From assembly GCA_047285535.1 (NCBI GenBank), contig JBJBDC010000001.1, positions 544,136 to 608,135 of the forward strand: DNA of 64,000 nt, read 5' to 3'. A program made the position numbers and the translations under genes. The notes under the pieces are model-generated. The model had not been told where the DNA came from, did no database searches, and was given only the letters and a program-made list of their open reading frames with translations. Positions 1 to 9,458 of this stretch are shown here, one piece after another (within the stretch, counting starts at the first letter, position 1; each line of letters opens with the position of its first letter). This DNA is from Synechococcus sp. Lineage in GTDB: Bacteria; Cyanobacteriota; Cyanobacteriia; PCC-6307; Cyanobiaceae.

Positions 1-2
1 TC

Positions 3-524
3 GCCTTCTTTCTGCGAATCGCATTGATACTAATGTCTCAATGGGTTTTGGAATTCCGTCCGTTACAACTATTGGCAGGTCTTTACTTAATATGGTTATG
101 CATTTCTCATCTTTGGATTTATCCATGTGATCATTCTCCTGATTCAGACGATTCAGAGTCCATGCCTGTTGTTTCTTTTGCGAAAACAATTTTGACATTG
201 GTCTTAACTGACTTTGCATTTTCTGTTGATAGTGTTGCGGCCGCAGTTGCCATTAGTGATCAAATTAGTCTGATCATTATTGGAGCCTTCATAGGGGTCT
301 TAGCTCTCCGCTTGACGTCTGGTCTGTTTCTGCATTGGCTTGAAATTTTTCCACGCTTGGAAACAGCTGGCTATGTTGCAGTAGCGCTTGTAGGTTTTAA
401 GCTCATTATTTTTATGATTTTCTCTGGCTTCCATCCGTCAGAATGGTTTACTTTTTTGATTGTCTCTTTATTGATTGTTTGGGGTTTTTCGCAGCGACAA
501 TCCACATTTAATGAAGGAGTCTGA
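3..524 (+). CDS. TerC family integral membrane protein (5' truncated by window edge)
   Basis: Frame open from position 3 (AFFLRIALIL...); TerC-type motif DFAFSVDSVAAAVAIS, then IGVLALR and FPRLE; hydrophobic segments. Confidence 0.85.
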   Translation, partial: AFFLRIALILMSQWVLEFRPLQLLAGLYLIWLCISHLWIYPCDHSPDSDDSESMPVVSFAKTILTLVLTDFAFSVDSVAAAVAISDQISLIIIGAFIGVLALRLTSGLFLHWLEIFPRLETAGYVAVALVGFKLIIFMIFSGFHPSEWFTFLIVSLLIVWGFSQRQSTFNEGV

Positions 525-529
525 GTCTG

Positions 530-880
530 ATGCTTGTTGAGCTTAGACATGCTGCCACTGATCTATTGATTGATCGAGTCGACTTCGACGAGCCGCCAAT
601 GCCAGGTGTTTGGTTCTCCCGCGATGCAAATACATTTTTTGTGATGCAAAAGCGCCATCGCTATGCATTGCGCTTTGGTCGGTATGAGCTTGCATCCATT
701 GTGCTTATGGTCATTTACTCCAAGAAGCCAATTGACGCTCATTTATACGATAACTGCTGGGTGATTGGCGATTTTGATTGTCGTTTCAATGCGCGAAACC
801 CACTACTTCGCTGTGCCGTCATGCCAGAAGGCCCTTGCGACTCTTGCGTCCATCGTGAATCTCGACCAGATGCGGGTTGA
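530..880 (+). CDS. Conserved cyanobacterial Cys-rich protein (DUF6464-like)
   Basis: C-terminal IGDFDCRFNARNPLLRCAVMPEGPCDSC pattern; starts 6 bp after TerC. Confidence 0.65.
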   Translation: MLVELRHAATDLLIDRVDFDEPPMPGVWFSRDANTFFVMQKRHRYALRFGRYELASIVLMVIYSKKPIDAHLYDNCWVIGDFDCRFNARNPLLRCAVMPEGPCDSCVHRESRPDAG

Positions 881-1089
881 ATTGATACAAGCTATAGTAT
901 TAGAAATATTGATCTTGTATCCACAAGCCTTTACCTATATTTCATCTGTTTTGTCTCGGCCTGTGGTTTCTATTTAGATTTTAATCTTCTCCTGTTTTAA
1001 GGGTCATGATGATATCGCTCTTTGTAGTGCTCTTTTCTTCTTTAGTGCCTAGAGATACATCTAATTCTCTTTTACGCGTTTTTTGATGT

Positions 1090-1398
1090 ATGCATTGTCT
1101 TGTCTCTGATGGTCTTGATGTTGTGTATGAGGAGTTTGATCTCCTGTCATTCTCTAGTATTGCCCACTTTGATGTCGTTCCTGTGGTGAATGAAGTTGAG
1201 CGCCTTAGAGCGCGATCAGTCTTGCTTGAGTTTCTTAAATTTAGGGTTTTATCCGCTGGACCCGAGTTTTTTGATGATTTAACTCCGCTAGACCGTCGTC
1301 AGTGGTTGACAGTGGTTCATCCGCAGTCTCTCTGCCTTTCTGATCAAGATCTTGATCAGATTTGGAACCAAGCACGTTTTCTTTATACGGAGATCTGA
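1090..1398 (+). CDS. Hypothetical protein; true start may lie further downstream
   Basis: 102-aa ORF with RARSVLLEFLKFRVL and LSDQDLDQIWNQAR, resembling a conserved picocyanobacterial hypothetical. Confidence 0.55.
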   Translation: MHCLVSDGLDVVYEEFDLLSFSSIAHFDVVPVVNEVERLRARSVLLEFLKFRVLSAGPEFFDDLTPLDRRQWLTVVHPQSLCLSDQDLDQIWNQARFLYTEI

Positions 1399-1457
1399 CG
1401 GAGCGGATTGAGCCTGCAACATACGTACTTCTGTCTGTTTCAGCTTCCCCAGTTGGC

Positions 1458-2700
1458 ATGGAGTCCGTATCCATCAAATTTGGTTCTTCTTGGTCTTAGT
1501 CAGCTACTTCACAATGCTTTGAAGGCAAAGGTTTACTCGTCTCCATCCCCATACAGGCACAGGCCATACCTGCTGTGATTTTGCCGTGATGTGATGTCTG
1601 CAGCTCAAACTGGACTGTCAGACGTTAGGTGTCACTCTTCAACTGCTCTGTGGTTCACCATGAAGCGAAGCCAGGTCGTTGACAACTTCGGGCTCTGGTT
1701 TTCACAGCTACTCTTGAGCTTGTAGTCCTTGTTGTGGATCACGTAAAAGGGATAATAAATTAGTATCTTTCTCTCAGCAGCAATGGTGTGTTCGCTCGTG
1801 CGAAGATCATTTCTAAATCCAACAGTTTCAAACGGTGGTCGAAGTGATTGTTGTAACTCCAGGACTGTTGCTGGATCTTCTTCAGTAAGGTGCTGTTCGG
1901 TTTGATCGAGTTGAGTTTTTTGTTCATGCTGTGGTAGACCGAATGCTGGATACGGGTGTTGTTCATCACATTAGGTGAGTGCTTTCTCGACTGCCTAATC
2001 GTCGGCAGACTTTGATATTCTTTGCCACCTTCTGGTGACCTCTACAAAAGTTGCTTAGAGAGCTTCTGTCTCCTCCTATTCATATTAAAATTTCACCTGC
2101 CAATCACACTGCTAAGAGTGCGCTTCAGGTCGTTCATCCCATTGATATCACTCGTAAGATTGAATTGCTTTCATCTCTGATTTGCACTGGAGGCTGGTGT
2201 CAGTTTTTGCCTTCTCCCGTACCAAGCCTGGCGTAAATCCCATTACCAAATGCTTATGCCAACGAGGACCTTTGGATGCTGCTATTCATGGAAATCAATG
2301 ACCGGGAGCCATAATCCTTTCCTTGCATGCTCTAAGGACGCTAAGTGCGAGTTCTTGTTGCGACCAATATTGCTGCCATAGGAATTGACATAGAGAGGCT
2401 TCCTTATATGGGGACTCTTGATTTCCCTCATGTTGCCGAAGACTATGGACCCAGGATTGTTCGTACCGGCAGAGCTGATGACATTGGTCATGCCAACTTT
2501 TTTGTGGCTGCAGAGGACTCGTTGCTTTTGAAGTCGCTTGACGGTTTGACAGGTGAATCATTTGGTCGAGAGCTCGTCCCTGGATTTGCATCCACCGTTC
2601 TTAGTGCTCCACCTCTGACCTGAATGGTCGCCGTGCTCGTCGCCGTCTGGCTGACATTCCACGCAGTTTTCAGGTTCGTACCGACGTCTTGACTGCATCC
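1458..2700 (+). pseudogene. Degraded DEAD-box RNA helicase (RhlE-like)
   Basis: Motifs in order across frames: Q motif IQAQAIP (1551-1571), AQTG (1603-1614), LRALVFTATLEL (1686-1721), TPGLLLD, AVVDRMLD (1928), FAT, FSRTK, AAIHGN, VLVATNIAAIGIDI, EDYGPRIVRTGRA; in-frame stops at 1886 and 1976 plus frameshifts; ends approximate. Confidence 0.9.
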
Positions 2701-2731
2701 AAGGAGACCCTCGAGAAGTTAAGGCACATCG

Positions 2732-3760
2732 TCATTTAAATAGGCCGAAACTGTCCGAGCGCGACGCTAGTAGTTGTTGTATCAGAGAATCTCCACTGCA
2801 TGGCCTTTTACCTTCCAGTTGTGCTTCTCGAATCACAATTGGGCAACCGCTTGTACTGACGACCAGGCCTATGCCTTTGATGCATTCGAGAATTGTTCCT
2901 GGTTCATGACTTTTAGAGGACCATCGTCCAAGTAGCGGACGGATATCAGTTGATAGTTGCCCTTTGAGTCGTTCGATCAGGGGTTCACACCGCAGCAGTT
3001 TGAGACGTTTATTGTTCCAAAGGGTTACCGCATTGGGGTACAAAGCCATCACTTGCCGATGGATCGCAAGGGCTGATCCAGACCACTGGATCTGATGATC
3101 TTCCTTTGTGAGCATGCGTGCATAACTTGTTTCTCTAGGACTATGACGTTGCTCCTTGACTTCAAGTCTTGCTCTGCGTTCGTTCTCAGATCCCATGCCT
3201 ACTGATTCAATCAATGGCATGGCTTTCACTATGAGGTCAGCAGTGAGAATGCTCATGCGTTCAGCTAGAGATTGGCAGTTGTCTAGCAATTCAATTGTGA
3301 GATTTTTTTCGATCAGCACTGGCCCTGTGTCCAACCCTTCTTCCATGGCCATGACCCCCACTCCAGTTTCTGCGTCGCCTTCTAGTAATGCCCATTGAAT
3401 TGGTCCTGCTCCTCGCCAACGGGGAAGAAGCGAGCCATGGCCGTTCCAGCATCCCAAGGGGGGTTGTTCCAAGACTGCTTTGGGCAAAATTTGTCCGAAT
3501 GCAACCACGACAGATAGCTCTGCTCCCAGCATTGCTAGCTGTTCTTGACAGGCTTCGTCCTTTTTGATTCGCTCAGGTGTGAATACTTGAAGCCCTAATT
3601 CAAGGGCTTTTGTTTTCACTGGTGATGGCATCAACGTCTTACCGCGTCCTCGCCGTCGATCCGGTTGGGTGACTACACCTACAAGCGTATGACCCTCACT
3701 GTGCAGTGCCATCAACGTTGGAACTGCATAGTGTGGTGTTCCCCAAAACAGGATTCTCAT
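2732..3760 (-). CDS. fmt: Methionyl-tRNA formyltransferase
   Basis: MRILFWGTP, VVTQPDRRRGRG, NGHGSLLPRWRGAGPIQ, GLDTGP. Confidence 0.97.
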   Translation of the reverse strand: MRILFWGTPHYAVPTLMALHSEGHTLVGVVTQPDRRRGRGKTLMPSPVKTKALELGLQVFTPERIKKDEACQEQLAMLGAELSVVVAFGQILPKAVLEQPPLGCWNGHGSLLPRWRGAGPIQWALLEGDAETGVGVMAMEEGLDTGPVLIEKNLTIELLDNCQSLAERMSILTADLIVKAMPLIESVGMGSENERRARLEVKEQRHSPRETSYARMLTKEDHQIQWSGSALAIHRQVMALYPNAVTLWNNKRLKLLRCEPLIERLKGQLSTDIRPLLGRWSSKSHEPGTILECIKGIGLVVSTSGCPIVIREAQLEGKRPCSGDSLIQQLLASRSDSFGLFK

Positions 3761-3769
3761 CGTTGTTGT

Positions 3770-5143
3770 TTAGGCTTCGCCTGTTATCGCTAATCCATCA
3801 ATCCAGACATGTGGGGAGACTCCCTGGTGAGTCACAATTTCATCTTTTTCGAGGTGAATCACTCCTTTTAGCACATCTCGAATGTCTCCAGCGATTGTTG
3901 CTGCTTCAACTGAAATTCGTTCCCCCTCTTTTACGAGCCAGCCATCAAAAGGAAGAGAAAATGCTCCTTGACTGGCCTTCACTCCTGCGTGGAGTGCGTT
4001 CAAGTTCTCAATTAAAACAAAGGTGTCTTGTAGTTTCTGATGGTTCAAATGGTCGGATTGATTGTTGAACCCCTCACTTGAACTAACCTCAAACCAATCA
4101 GGCCCTACAGATACCTTGGCCCCAAGCCCTGCGTGTCCGGTTGGATTGACACCAAATTGTCTTGCCGTTGCTTCGGAGTGAAGCAGATTCTGTAGTTGTC
4201 CGTTGTTGATTAAACAAAGTCGTTTGGTGGGTGTCCCTTCACCGTCGAATGCGGCGGCTCCTACGTGCTTTGGGTGCAGACCATTGTCATGGAGGCAAAA
4301 AAACGGGGCCGCTATCTGTTGACCAAGTGATTCCTTACGGCTAAGGCTTACACCATCAAGAATGGCTCTCGCGTTCATCATGCTGCTGAACGCTCCGAGC
4401 AGGTCAAGAAATGCTTCTGGAGTGAAACAAACCAAATAGCGACCAGTGTCGATAGGTCTGTAATTCAGATGGCTGATTGTTCGATCGGCAGCTTCATTGA
4501 TGCAGCCTGCTAAATCAAGGTCTGTACTCCCAAGAGCTACTCGCACCGCACCACCACTGCGTGGTTTTCTTCCATTCTCTTCCGCCCGTGCGTAGAGATA
4601 GAGGCTGGCCTGAGTTCGCTGCATATGACGTAGTGCACCTTCACTATTGAGATAAATCCGTTCGCTACTGCCTTCATTCAAACCGTTGTATGGGATCGTC
4701 TGGATCGCAGGATGCTTGGCAAGGAGTTCGCACTCAACGTCCTTGAGCGTGCTGAGTAATGTTTGAATGCTTTGGGATGGTTTCAGTGGTCGATCAATGT
4801 CTGAGATAGGTGCTGTTGCTAGTGGTGAGAAGCACGGAATGTCGTCTGCATTGCCAAATGCACTGGCCTGATATGCACCGTCTAGGGCTCTTCCCAGACC
4901 ACCAGGAGATAGATCAGAGGTGCTGGTAACACCTACGAGTCCTTCTTTATTCCAGACTCGAACAGTGATTGAGCTCCGCTGGGCAGCCTTCATCTGTTTG
5001 GCTACACCTCGATCCACCTGGACTGAAGCATTCATTCCACGGCTAGCTCCGAGATCCCATTGACGGATTCCCTTCCCATGGGCCAGGGCGTTGAGCTGAT
5101 CGCGCAGTTCTTTGACATTAAGAGGATGCATAGACATGATCAA
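3770..5143 (-). CDS. pmbA: TldD/PmbA family, PmbA (TldE) subunit
   Basis: FDGEGTP motif, no HExxH, directly downstream of tldD. Confidence 0.88.
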   Translation of the reverse strand: MIMSMHPLNVKELRDQLNALAHGKGIRQWDLGASRGMNASVQVDRGVAKQMKAAQRSSITVRVWNKEGLVGVTSTSDLSPGGLGRALDGAYQASAFGNADDIPCFSPLATAPISDIDRPLKPSQSIQTLLSTLKDVECELLAKHPAIQTIPYNGLNEGSSERIYLNSEGALRHMQRTQASLYLYARAEENGRKPRSGGAVRVALGSTDLDLAGCINEAADRTISHLNYRPIDTGRYLVCFTPEAFLDLLGAFSSMMNARAILDGVSLSRKESLGQQIAAPFFCLHDNGLHPKHVGAAAFDGEGTPTKRLCLINNGQLQNLLHSEATARQFGVNPTGHAGLGAKVSVGPDWFEVSSSEGFNNQSDHLNHQKLQDTFVLIENLNALHAGVKASQGAFSLPFDGWLVKEGERISVEAATIAGDIRDVLKGVIHLEKDEIVTHQGVSPHVWIDGLAITGEA

Positions 5144-6600
5144 CGCCCCCCCACAGTGATTGAATCAACCTTGATATGGGGTTGCCCTACTGTGACAAAG
5201 ATGTTGCCGCTGATCGAGCCGCAGTAACCAGCAGCCAAATCAAGATCATTCGCACACATTGAAATTCTCGGCATCACCTCTTTGGCTTCTCCGATCAGAG
5301 TTGCTCCTTTGACTGGACGCCCAAGTTGACCATTTTCAATAATGTATCCCTCTTCTACAGAGAAATTAAATTGACCGGTGGGTCCGACGCTTCCACCACC
5401 CATGGACTTGCAATAAAGACCTTGGTCTACGGATTGGATTAGATCTTGGGTGCTATGAGGGCCTGCTGCGATGTAGGTGTTGCGCATACGGCTCGCTGCA
5501 GCAAATCCATGGTTTTGTCGCCTGCCGCTTCCTGTACGCGCGTGCCCTGTGCGAAGTTCGCCAGCACGATCACTTAAAAATCTTTTTAAGACTCCATTTT
5601 TAATCAGAACTGTACGTTGCGATTCCATTCCTTCATCATCCATCGAGAGGGATCCAAAGGCACCGGCACTTAAACCTTCATCGATGGCGGTCACAGCAGG
5701 GTTAGCAATTGTTTCTCCAACTTGATCGGCAAATGGTGTTGTTCCTCGTTCCACTTGCGTGGTTTCGAGAAGATGTCCGCAGGCTTCATGGAAGATCACA
5801 CCACCAAATCGATTGGCTAAAACCACTGGCATTTGTCCTCCGTCCACATAATCGGCACGGAGCATGGTCGCTGCACTAGTGCAAACTTCATGAGCAGCAG
5901 CATCAATATCCCATTCCCGCAAATCATCCGGTCGATCACTTGATCCAAACCGACGCGCAATGCTGGCGCGATGGTCACCGTCAGCAGCTAAGACACTGAG
6001 CCCACTGGATTGATGTAAGCGGATGTCGCGGGCATAAGTCCCATCGCTAGCTGCGACGAGAACCTCCTGCCAGTCACGCGAAAAATTTCCACGTCGAACT
6101 TCTAAATGTTGTCCGAGAGCATTAAGGCGCGCAGTCCCATCAAGAAGTCGTTGTGTGATCTCGCTCAATGAAGGAGAGTTGTCGAGCCATTCATCTTTGT
6201 AGACCCCGAAATCCTTGAGTGGTTTCAAGCCCTGAAAATCTCTGGCAGGTGAGAGATCACTGTGCTCTAACTCGAGCATCGCCAAAGCTTGAGCCAGTGC
6301 TTGGGAAAGGCCCGAATTACTGAGATCGTTAGTGCTGACAAAGCCGTCTCGGTGTCCCAGAAAGACTCGTATCCCTGCTCCCATGCCAAACGAAGGAGAA
6401 ACGCTTGTAATTTGTTCCTGTTCAGCAAGAACCCCAAGGTGGTCGGTTCGTTCTAAAAACACCTCCACCAGATCAGCCCCAGCCCGAACTCCAGTTTGGA
6501 GCAACGATTCCAAGCGATCTTTCCAAGGAGTATGGCTTGGATCCAGAGTTAATGTCTGGTTTAAGTCGGGATGGGTGTCGACCAAGCCCCTTGTCTGCAT
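5140..6600 (-). CDS. tldD: TldD metalloprotease subunit
   Basis: FHEACGHLLE zinc motif, DDEG, SRMRNTY, GYCGS, GQPHIKV, TVGG C-terminus. Confidence 0.93.
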   Translation of the reverse strand: MQTRGLVDTHPDLNQTLTLDPSHTPWKDRLESLLQTGVRAGADLVEVFLERTDHLGVLAEQEQITSVSPSFGMGAGIRVFLGHRDGFVSTNDLSNSGLSQALAQALAMLELEHSDLSPARDFQGLKPLKDFGVYKDEWLDNSPSLSEITQRLLDGTARLNALGQHLEVRRGNFSRDWQEVLVAASDGTYARDIRLHQSSGLSVLAADGDHRASIARRFGSSDRPDDLREWDIDAAAHEVCTSAATMLRADYVDGGQMPVVLANRFGGVIFHEACGHLLETTQVERGTTPFADQVGETIANPAVTAIDEGLSAGAFGSLSMDDEGMESQRTVLIKNGVLKRFLSDRAGELRTGHARTGSGRRQNHGFAAASRMRNTYIAAGPHSTQDLIQSVDQGLYCKSMGGGSVGPTGQFNFSVEEGYIIENGQLGRPVKGATLIGEAKEVMPRISMCANDLDLAAGYCGSISGNIFVTVGQPHIKVDSITVGGR

Positions 6601-6664
6601 TTGATCTGATTATGGAGAGTCGTACTGACAATCCTAGACAGAGGCTCGGATCTGGTGTGCACTT

Positions 6665-7759
6665 TTACCGAATGCTGGGTTGGTATTGCTCACTGCGAAT
6701 TGGTGCCATCAAAAACAGTGATGCCATCTCTGCTCCATTGGCAAGCCAATGAGGAAGTTTTCTCAGCACTTTGAAAAGTGCAGGTGCTTGGCTTGAATCC
6801 ACTGCGCTTAATGCAGCGTTGTTATCGACCAGACGTTCAAGACCGTTAAAAAAGCGAGGATTGTTGACATCGAGAACGACGGGAAAAACTCGGGCAGAGG
6901 TCTCATTGGTCTTGTCGATGACCAAGCGGTCGTACTCCCGTGCATCTAGCCCCAAGGCTTCGTAAAACTCTTTTCGGGCTACATCTCTGACATACATGGT
7001 GGCGAATACTGCAAGAAGGAAAAATCGACACCACAGGCGCGCACGTAATCCCCTCACAGTGTCTGGCTGAGCTTTCATCAAGGCATCAAAGAAATCTCCA
7101 TGCCGATTTTCGTCTTGGCACCAATTTTCAAAGAAGTTGAAAATTGGAAATATTTTGCATTCGGGATTTTTTTCAAGATGGCGAAAAATTGTGATGTATC
7201 GCCAGTATCCAATCTTTTCAGATAAATAAGTGGCATAAAAAATAAATTTCGGCTTAAAGAATGTATAGCTTTTGTTTGCTGTTAAAAAACCGAGATCAAG
7301 TTGCAGGCCAAAATCGCTCATTGACTTATTGAGGAAGCCAGCATGACGTGCTTCGTCTCTAGCCATATGTGAGAAACATTCTGCCAGCAAAGGGTTTTTC
7401 GTTTTAATTCGACGGCTGAGCTCTTTGTATAACAAAAAGCCAGAAAATTCTGAAGTGCAACTTTGCTCTAGAAATTCAATAAATACTTTCCGAGTTTCTG
7501 GATCTAGTTTTTCTGCAGCTCCCTCAAATTCTCCATTCCGTACGAAGTGATGGCGGTTGTAATCCTTGCGAAATTCGTTACAGATGGCCTCGAGTTCAGC
7601 TTCGTTTGGTCGTAGGTCCATGGCAGCCATGGCCTCGAAATCGGTCGTGTAAAAGCGAGGGGTCAGGATCGTGTCCTTGGTCGGCTCTTTCGTCGAAACG
7701 TTGGATCCAGTTGTGCTTGTGGCTTCGGTCACTGCTGTTGGAGGAACCATCTCTTGCAT
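6665..7759 (-). CDS. acsF: Mg-protoporphyrin IX monomethyl ester oxidative cyclase
   Basis: [10 protein letters not shown], di-iron motifs DEARHAG and [17 protein letters not shown]. Confidence 0.97.
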   Translation of the reverse strand: MQEMVPPTAVTEATSTTGSNVSTKEPTKDTILTPRFYTTDFEAMAAMDLRPNEAELEAICNEFRKDYNRHHFVRNGEFEGAAEKLDPETRKVFIEFLEQSCTSEFSGFLLYKELSRRIKTKNPLLAECFSHMARDEARHAGFLNKSMSDFGLQLDLGFLTANKSYTFFKPKFIFYATYLSEKIGYWRYITIFRHLEKNPECKIFPIFNFFENWCQDENRHGDFFDALMKAQPDTVRGLRARLWCRFFLLAVFATMYVRDVARKEFYEALGLDAREYDRLVIDKTNETSARVFPVVLDVNNPRFFNGLERLVDNNAALSAVDSSQAPALFKVLRKLPHWLANGAEMASLFLMAPIRSEQYQPSIR

Positions 7760-7822
7760 CAGTCACTCCGCACATCGTAAGTCGCCCTCCGATCACAGCA
7801 GACCACTGTTAAGAGCTTTCTG

Positions 7823-8248
7823 TTAATTCCCACCAAGCCATTTTTGGCCATTCAGTCGTTGAAGCAGGCGAGACTGAAGCAAGCCGAGATTAATTCGCTT
7901 TTCATCAATCAAAAAGGACTCCAAAAGGCTGGGTTCGGTGCCTGACTCTGCAAGAGCGATCGTTTTACCTGACTTTATCGAGTCGGATTCGAAGCAGAGC
8001 CAGAATCGTCGATCCCCTGGTAGAACACCGCACACCATCCAGCATTGGCCTCCCACAACAGGGCGATCTCCTTGGATCAACTCCATTGATGCAGTGATCT
8101 GATGGTTTGTGCTCAGCGCTTTGATGAGTGAAGGAATTAAATCGTCCAGAATGAATTCATTAAACGGCTTGTCCTCTGGCTTGGGCTTGGGTGCAGGCTT
8201 TGCAGATGGTTTGTCTGCAGCTTTAGGTTTTGGAGGAGTTTCGCTCAC
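7823..8248 (-). CDS. ndhV: DUF2996 family protein, probable NdhV (NDH-1 ferredoxin-binding accessory); start taken at GTG 8248
   Basis: Pro/Lys-rich N-terminus, EDKPF, LESFLIDEKR, LLQRLNGQKWLG; DUF2996/NdhV link is from recall. Confidence 0.65.
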   Translation of the reverse strand: MSETPPKPKAADKPSAKPAPKPKPEDKPFNEFILDDLIPSLIKALSTNHQITASMELIQGDRPVVGGQCWMVCGVLPGDRRFWLCFESDSIKSGKTIALAESGTEPSLLESFLIDEKRINLGLLQSRLLQRLNGQKWLGGN

Positions 8249-8292
8249 CGGAGTTTGGTTGCTGCGCGGACTGTAGACAGGAGAGTGCATTC

Positions 8293-8805
8293 TCACCAAT
8301 CATCGCCAATCTGTTGATTCCAGTCATCTGCTTCTACAGCGATTGGCTGGGGTTTTGTTTGTGTTGGCTGTGTTTGAGTCGTTCCCTGCTCTTGGTTTGT
8401 ATCACCATGGAATTGGTTGCCTCGATGCACGATTCTGAATGGCACCGAAACGGTTGGGGCAGGATCGCGAACATCACGTTCGGGCCAGGCTACGGCTGTT
8501 GATTGTTGTGATCGTGGTGGTTGATCACTCGGGATAGGCTCTTGAAAGCTTGGTTCTTTGACAGGACGTCGGACTTCTCGGCGAAGAGCCGGTTTCGTGC
8601 CGACCATGGCTAGTCCGCTCGCAGCGCTGACACCTGAGCCAAATAACGTCGCGATGGCAATCCACGCTCCAATAGGCAGTGTTGGCAATCTCCATGTAAG
8701 GACTCGCAGTGATGATGGTTGTGAAAAATTGAGCGTTGCAATCAACAACATCAACAGCACTGGGCTCAGGCATGGAATCAGAAGCAACCGCCTAATTTCA
8801 GTCAT
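8293..8805 (-). CDS. LapA-like membrane protein with disordered tail ending in DDW
   Basis: Two N-terminal hydrophobic helices around LxVLTWxLPxLPIG; Pro/Gln-rich tail ending DDWNQQIGDDW. Confidence 0.6.
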   Translation of the reverse strand: MTEIRRLLLIPCLSPVLLMLLIATLNFSQPSSLRVLTWRLPTLPIGAWIAIATLFGSGVSAASGLAMVGTKPALRREVRRPVKEPSFQEPIPSDQPPRSQQSTAVAWPERDVRDPAPTVSVPFRIVHRGNQFHGDTNQEQGTTQTQPTQTKPQPIAVEADDWNQQIGDDW

Positions 8806-9458
8806 GATTGGCGACCTTGCCAACGTTGAAGTGGACTCAAATCCTCACCGAGAGAATCGAACATCCTCACTACTAAGAAATCAACCATCTCACTTAAATT
8901 CTGAGGATTGGTATACCAAGCTGGGATAGGAGGAGCAATTCTTGCTCCAGCTTCAGCTAGTGATGTGAGGTTCTTCAAATGAATCAGGTTCCACGGCATT
9001 TCTCTGGGAGCCAGAACTAACGGCCTACCTTCTTTGAGATGAACATCGGCACAACGTTCGATCAGATCACTAGCCACTCCAGCTGCAATGCGTCCGACGC
9101 TGCCCATTGAGCAGGGAACAATCACCATGCCTCTGGTTGCCACGCTTCCGCTGGCAATCGTGGCAGCTTGATTTGCCCAACGATGGCAAGTGAGTGAACC
9201 TCGTTTTACATTCAGCCGAGTTCTCCAAAAGCGTTCTTGAAGATCAGGATCAACAGGCACTTGGATCGATTGCTCTGCTGACCAAACTTCATGAGCTCCA
9301 CGACTCATGATCAAATGAACATTTCGTTCCTGCTGAAGCAACAGCTGAAGAGCACGTTCTGCTAGAGGTTGAGCCGATGCACCGGTTACCCCGAGGACAT
9401 ATGGACGATCAGCTTGTTCAGTCGCGGACACGGAATTAATCCTCACTCGATGCGACAT
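8802..9458 (-). CDS. ubiX: Flavin prenyltransferase UbiX
   Basis: VLGVTGASA, IASGS, IVPCSM, LKEGRPLVLAPREMP, PPIPAWY. Confidence 0.93.
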   Translation of the reverse strand: MSHRVRINSVSATEQADRPYVLGVTGASAQPLAERALQLLLQQERNVHLIMSRGAHEVWSAEQSIQVPVDPDLQERFWRTRLNVKRGSLTCHRWANQAATIASGSVATRGMVIVPCSMGSVGRIAAGVASDLIERCADVHLKEGRPLVLAPREMPWNLIHLKNLTSLAEAGARIAPPIPAWYTNPQNLSEMVDFLVVRMFDSLGEDLSPLQRWQGRQS

